Of a stretch of DNA of 35,887 bases, positions 33,120-35,887 are shown piece by piece (position 1 is the stretch's first letter; the number at the start of each line of letters is the position of its first letter). The notes under the pieces are model-generated. The model was not told the origin of the DNA. It worked only from the letters and a program-made list of their open reading frames with translations, and searched no databases. The position numbers were made by a program, and so were the translations under genes. Location of the stretch: contig NC_057749.1 of assembly GCF_004010195.1 (NCBI RefSeq), forward strand, positions 17,744,203 to 17,780,089, written 5' to 3'. This DNA is from Chiloscyllium plagiosum (lineage: Eukaryota).

Positions 33120-33510
33120 GCGTGGAGGTGCCAGTGTTAGACTGGGGTGGACTCCTTGGTAAAAACCAGGGCTGCAGATGCTGGAAACCAGAGTCTAGAC
33201 TAGAGTGCTGCTGGAAAGGCACAGCAGGTCAGGCAGCATCCGAGGAGCAGGACAATCGACGTTTCGGGCAAAAGCCGTGAGGAAATATTTCAATCATTCC
33301 TGATGAAGGGCTTTTGCCCAAAACGTCGATTTTCCTGCTCCTCGGATGCTGCCTGAACTGCAGTGCATTTCCAGCAGCACTCTAGTCTAGACTCTGGGTT
33401 GGACTCCTTACCTGATGGTTAACTGATGAAGGAGCAGTGCTCTGAAAGCTAGTGCTTCCAAATAAACCAGTTGGACTATAATCTGCCATTGTGTGATTAT
33501 TACCTTTGTT
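33120..33510. mobile_element. Nested Penelope-derived elements: a fold-back element (33158-33399) inside a second family
   Basis: Inverted arms at about 33188-33276 and 33309-33397; TGGACTCCTT duplicated at 33148-33157 and 33400-33409; the outer parts match the 8114-8304 family. Confidence 0.8.
33420..33455 (+). ncRNA. Minimal hammerhead-ribozyme-like motif
   Basis: CTGATGA-A-GGAGC-AGT-GCTCT-GAAA-GC-TA: conserved core boxes around a paired stem II with a minimal stem III, as known for Penelope-like elements. Activity is untested. Confidence 0.55.
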
Positions 33511-33538
33511 TTGTTCTGGTAGCCACACAGGAGTTTGT

Positions 33539-34974
33539 TGTGGATCAGTATCAGGGACCAATCACTGTGGATCAGTATCAGTGACCAATCACTGTGGATC
33601 AGTATCAGTGACCAATCGCTGTGGATCAGTAACAGTGACCAATCATTGTGGATCAGTAACAGGGACCAATCATTGTGGATCAGTATCAGTGACCAATCAC
33701 TGTGGATCAATATCAGTGACCAATCGCTGTGGATCAGTATCAGGGACCAATCCCTGTGGATCAGTAACAGGGACCAATCGCTGTGGATCAGTATCAGTGA
33801 CCAATCGCTGTGGATCAGTAACAGTGACCAATCGCTGTGGATCAGTATCAGTGACCAATCGATGTGGATCAGTATCAGTGACCAATCACTGTGGATAAAT
33901 ATCAGTGACCAATCACTGTGGATCAGTAACAGTGACCAATCGCTGTGGATCAGTATCAGTGACCAATCACTGTGGATCAGTATCAGTGACCAATCACTGT
34001 GGATCAGTAACAGTGACCAATCACTGTGGATCAGTAACAGGGACCAATCGCTGTGGATCAGTAACAGGGACCAATCGCTGTGGATCAGTATCAGGGACCA
34101 ATCCCTGTGGATCAGTAACAGGGACCAATCACTGTGGATCAGTAACAGGGACCAATCACTGTGGATCAGTAACAGTGACCAATCGCTGTGGATCAGTAAC
34201 AGTGACCAATCACTGTGGATCGGTAACAGTGACCAATCGCTGTGGATCCGTATCAGTGACCAATCCCTGTGGATCAGTATCGGTGACCAATCGCTGTGGA
34301 TCAGTATCGGTGACCAATCGCTGTGGATCAGTATCAGTGACCAATCACTGTGGATCAGTAACAGTGACCAATCGCTGTTGATCAGTATCAGTGACCAATC
34401 GTTGTGGATCATTATCAGTGACCAATCGCTGTGGATCAGTATCGGTGACCAATCGCTGTTGATCAGTAACAGTGACCAATCGCTGTGGATCATTATCAGT
34501 GACCAATCGCTGTGGATCAGTAACAGTGACCAATCGTGTGGATCATTATCAGTGACCAATCGCTGTTGATCAGTAACAGTGACCAATCGCTGTGGATCAG
34601 TAACATGACCAATCACTGTGGATCAGTATCAGTGACCAATCGCTGTGGATCAGTATCAGTGACCAATCACTGTGGATCATTATCAGTGACCAATCGCTGT
34701 TGATCAGTAACAGTGACCAATCACTGTGGATCAGTATCAGTGACCAATCGCTGTGGATCAGTAACAGTGACCAATCCCTGTGGATCAGTATCAGTGACCA
34801 ATAGCTGTGGATCAGTATCAGTGACCAATCCCTGTGGATCATTATCAGTGACCAATCGCTGTTGATTAGTAACAGTGACCAATCGTTATGGATCAGTATC
34901 AGTGACCAATCGCTGTGGAGCAGTATCAGTGACCAATCGCTGTGGATCAGTATCAGTGACCAATCATTGTTGAT
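33539..34974. repeat. 27-bp minisatellite, about 53 units
   Basis: Unit TGTGGATCAGTA(T/A)CAG(T/G)GACCAATC(A/G/C)C in direct tandem with no unique spacers. Confidence 0.97.
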
Positions 34975-35487
34975 TTGAAATACCCCAGTTTTGAGACCTT
35001 TCAGAATCTGTGGTCTACATCATCATCCAAGTGCACTACACTTCGCACATGTCACCCGTCAAACTATTCATATACAGCATCTCAAAATATTATTTTCTCA
35101 GAGAAATCTGTCCAATTTTCCTCTGAATATTTCAGTATGAGCTGCTTCCACCATCTCCCCGTGGAACATGTTTACGCGAGTGACTACTCGCTCACTGGAA
35201 TCCAGGTTTTGCAGAATATGTGGGAATTTCATCCCAGTCAAAAGAGGCCTGTGTTCTTCTGCATTCCCGTGGGAACAGAAACCCTCCTCATAGATATTCC
35301 CAAATCGAGTTGTTCAGACTGTTATTACATCTGTCTGGAGGAGGTGGGTGAGATTGGAGCTCACTCCTTCTGATCGTTGGCTTAGAGAGGGAGAACACAA
35401 AGGGGAGCAAGTTGTACAGAATCAGAATAAGACCCTGTCCCGTGCACTATGTTCAGATTGTACCCTGCACCACAGGAAGAGGACATG

Positions 35488-35887
35488 GACCCAACCATCT
35501 TCAGCTCTTCCTCAATGACCTTTCCTACATCCTAAGGTCTGAAGTGGGGATGTGCCATCATTGGCGAGCAATGCTCAGATACTGAAGCAGACCATATTCA
35601 ATTGCAGCAAGACCCAGATAATATCGCAATTTGGCTGACAAGTGGCAAGTAAGGTTCATGCCAAACAAATTCAGGCAATGGGTGACTCTAACCATTTCCC
35701 CCTTGTCATTCAATGGTGTTCCCATCACTGAATCCCCCACTATCAACATCCTGGGGGTGACCATTGACCAGAAACTCAACTGGATCAGCCATATCAATAC
35801 TATGCCTACAAGAGCAGGTCAGAGACTAGGAATCCTGCAGCAAGTAACTCCTGACTCCCCAAAGCCTGTCCACCATCTCCAAGGCAT
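35488..35887 (+). mobile_element. Decayed CR1/L2-group LINE RT fragment
   Basis: Pieces NDL...SEVGM, ADKWQVRFMP and INILGVTIDQKLNWISHINTMPTRAGQRLGIL; runs off the window. Confidence 0.8.

Noticed and set aside
33408..34842. Long ORFs (402, 344, 158 aa) as real proteins
   Set aside because: They are 9-residue repeats on both strands produced by a 27-bp unit lacking stops, with no unique domain.
33539..34974. CRISPR array
   Set aside because: Contiguous tandem units without unique spacers, no cas genes, vertebrate context.
34975..35373. 132-aa ORF as a host exon
   Set aside because: Non-ATG start, no recognisable domain or convincing splice sites.

Overview
Repeat-dense, apparently non-coding vertebrate genomic DNA with five N-gaps (839-929, 13752-13999, 17055-17778, 20405-21192, 22327-22813). 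The repeat set points to a cartilaginous fish (shark; inference): HE1-type V-SINEs, CR1 LINEs, short Penelope-derived elements with hammerhead-like cores, and a Gypsy gag remnant. I cannot support any intact host CDS; the long ORFs are retroelement fragments, N-runs or minisatellite artefacts. The most notable structure is a Tx1-clade (L1 group) non-LTR retrotransposon that appears site-specific for the TATA box of an LTR family. Two related solo LTRs (about 205-4585 on +, 21725-23791 on -) are each split at TATAAACAGG(A/G)G by head-to-tail stacks of poly(A)-tailed 3' ends, with the target re-duplicated between units. A third copy at a non-LTR site (13561-14195) links this 3' end to a Tx1-like ORF2 C-terminus and still carries a piece of the LTR target internally. 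Also present: fold-back Penelope-derived insertions with target duplications of 8-14 bp and one of 110 bp, a 50-bp minisatellite with A/B higher-order structure, and a 27-bp minisatellite of about 53 CCAAT-containing units. All family assignments are from pattern recognition, not database searches.
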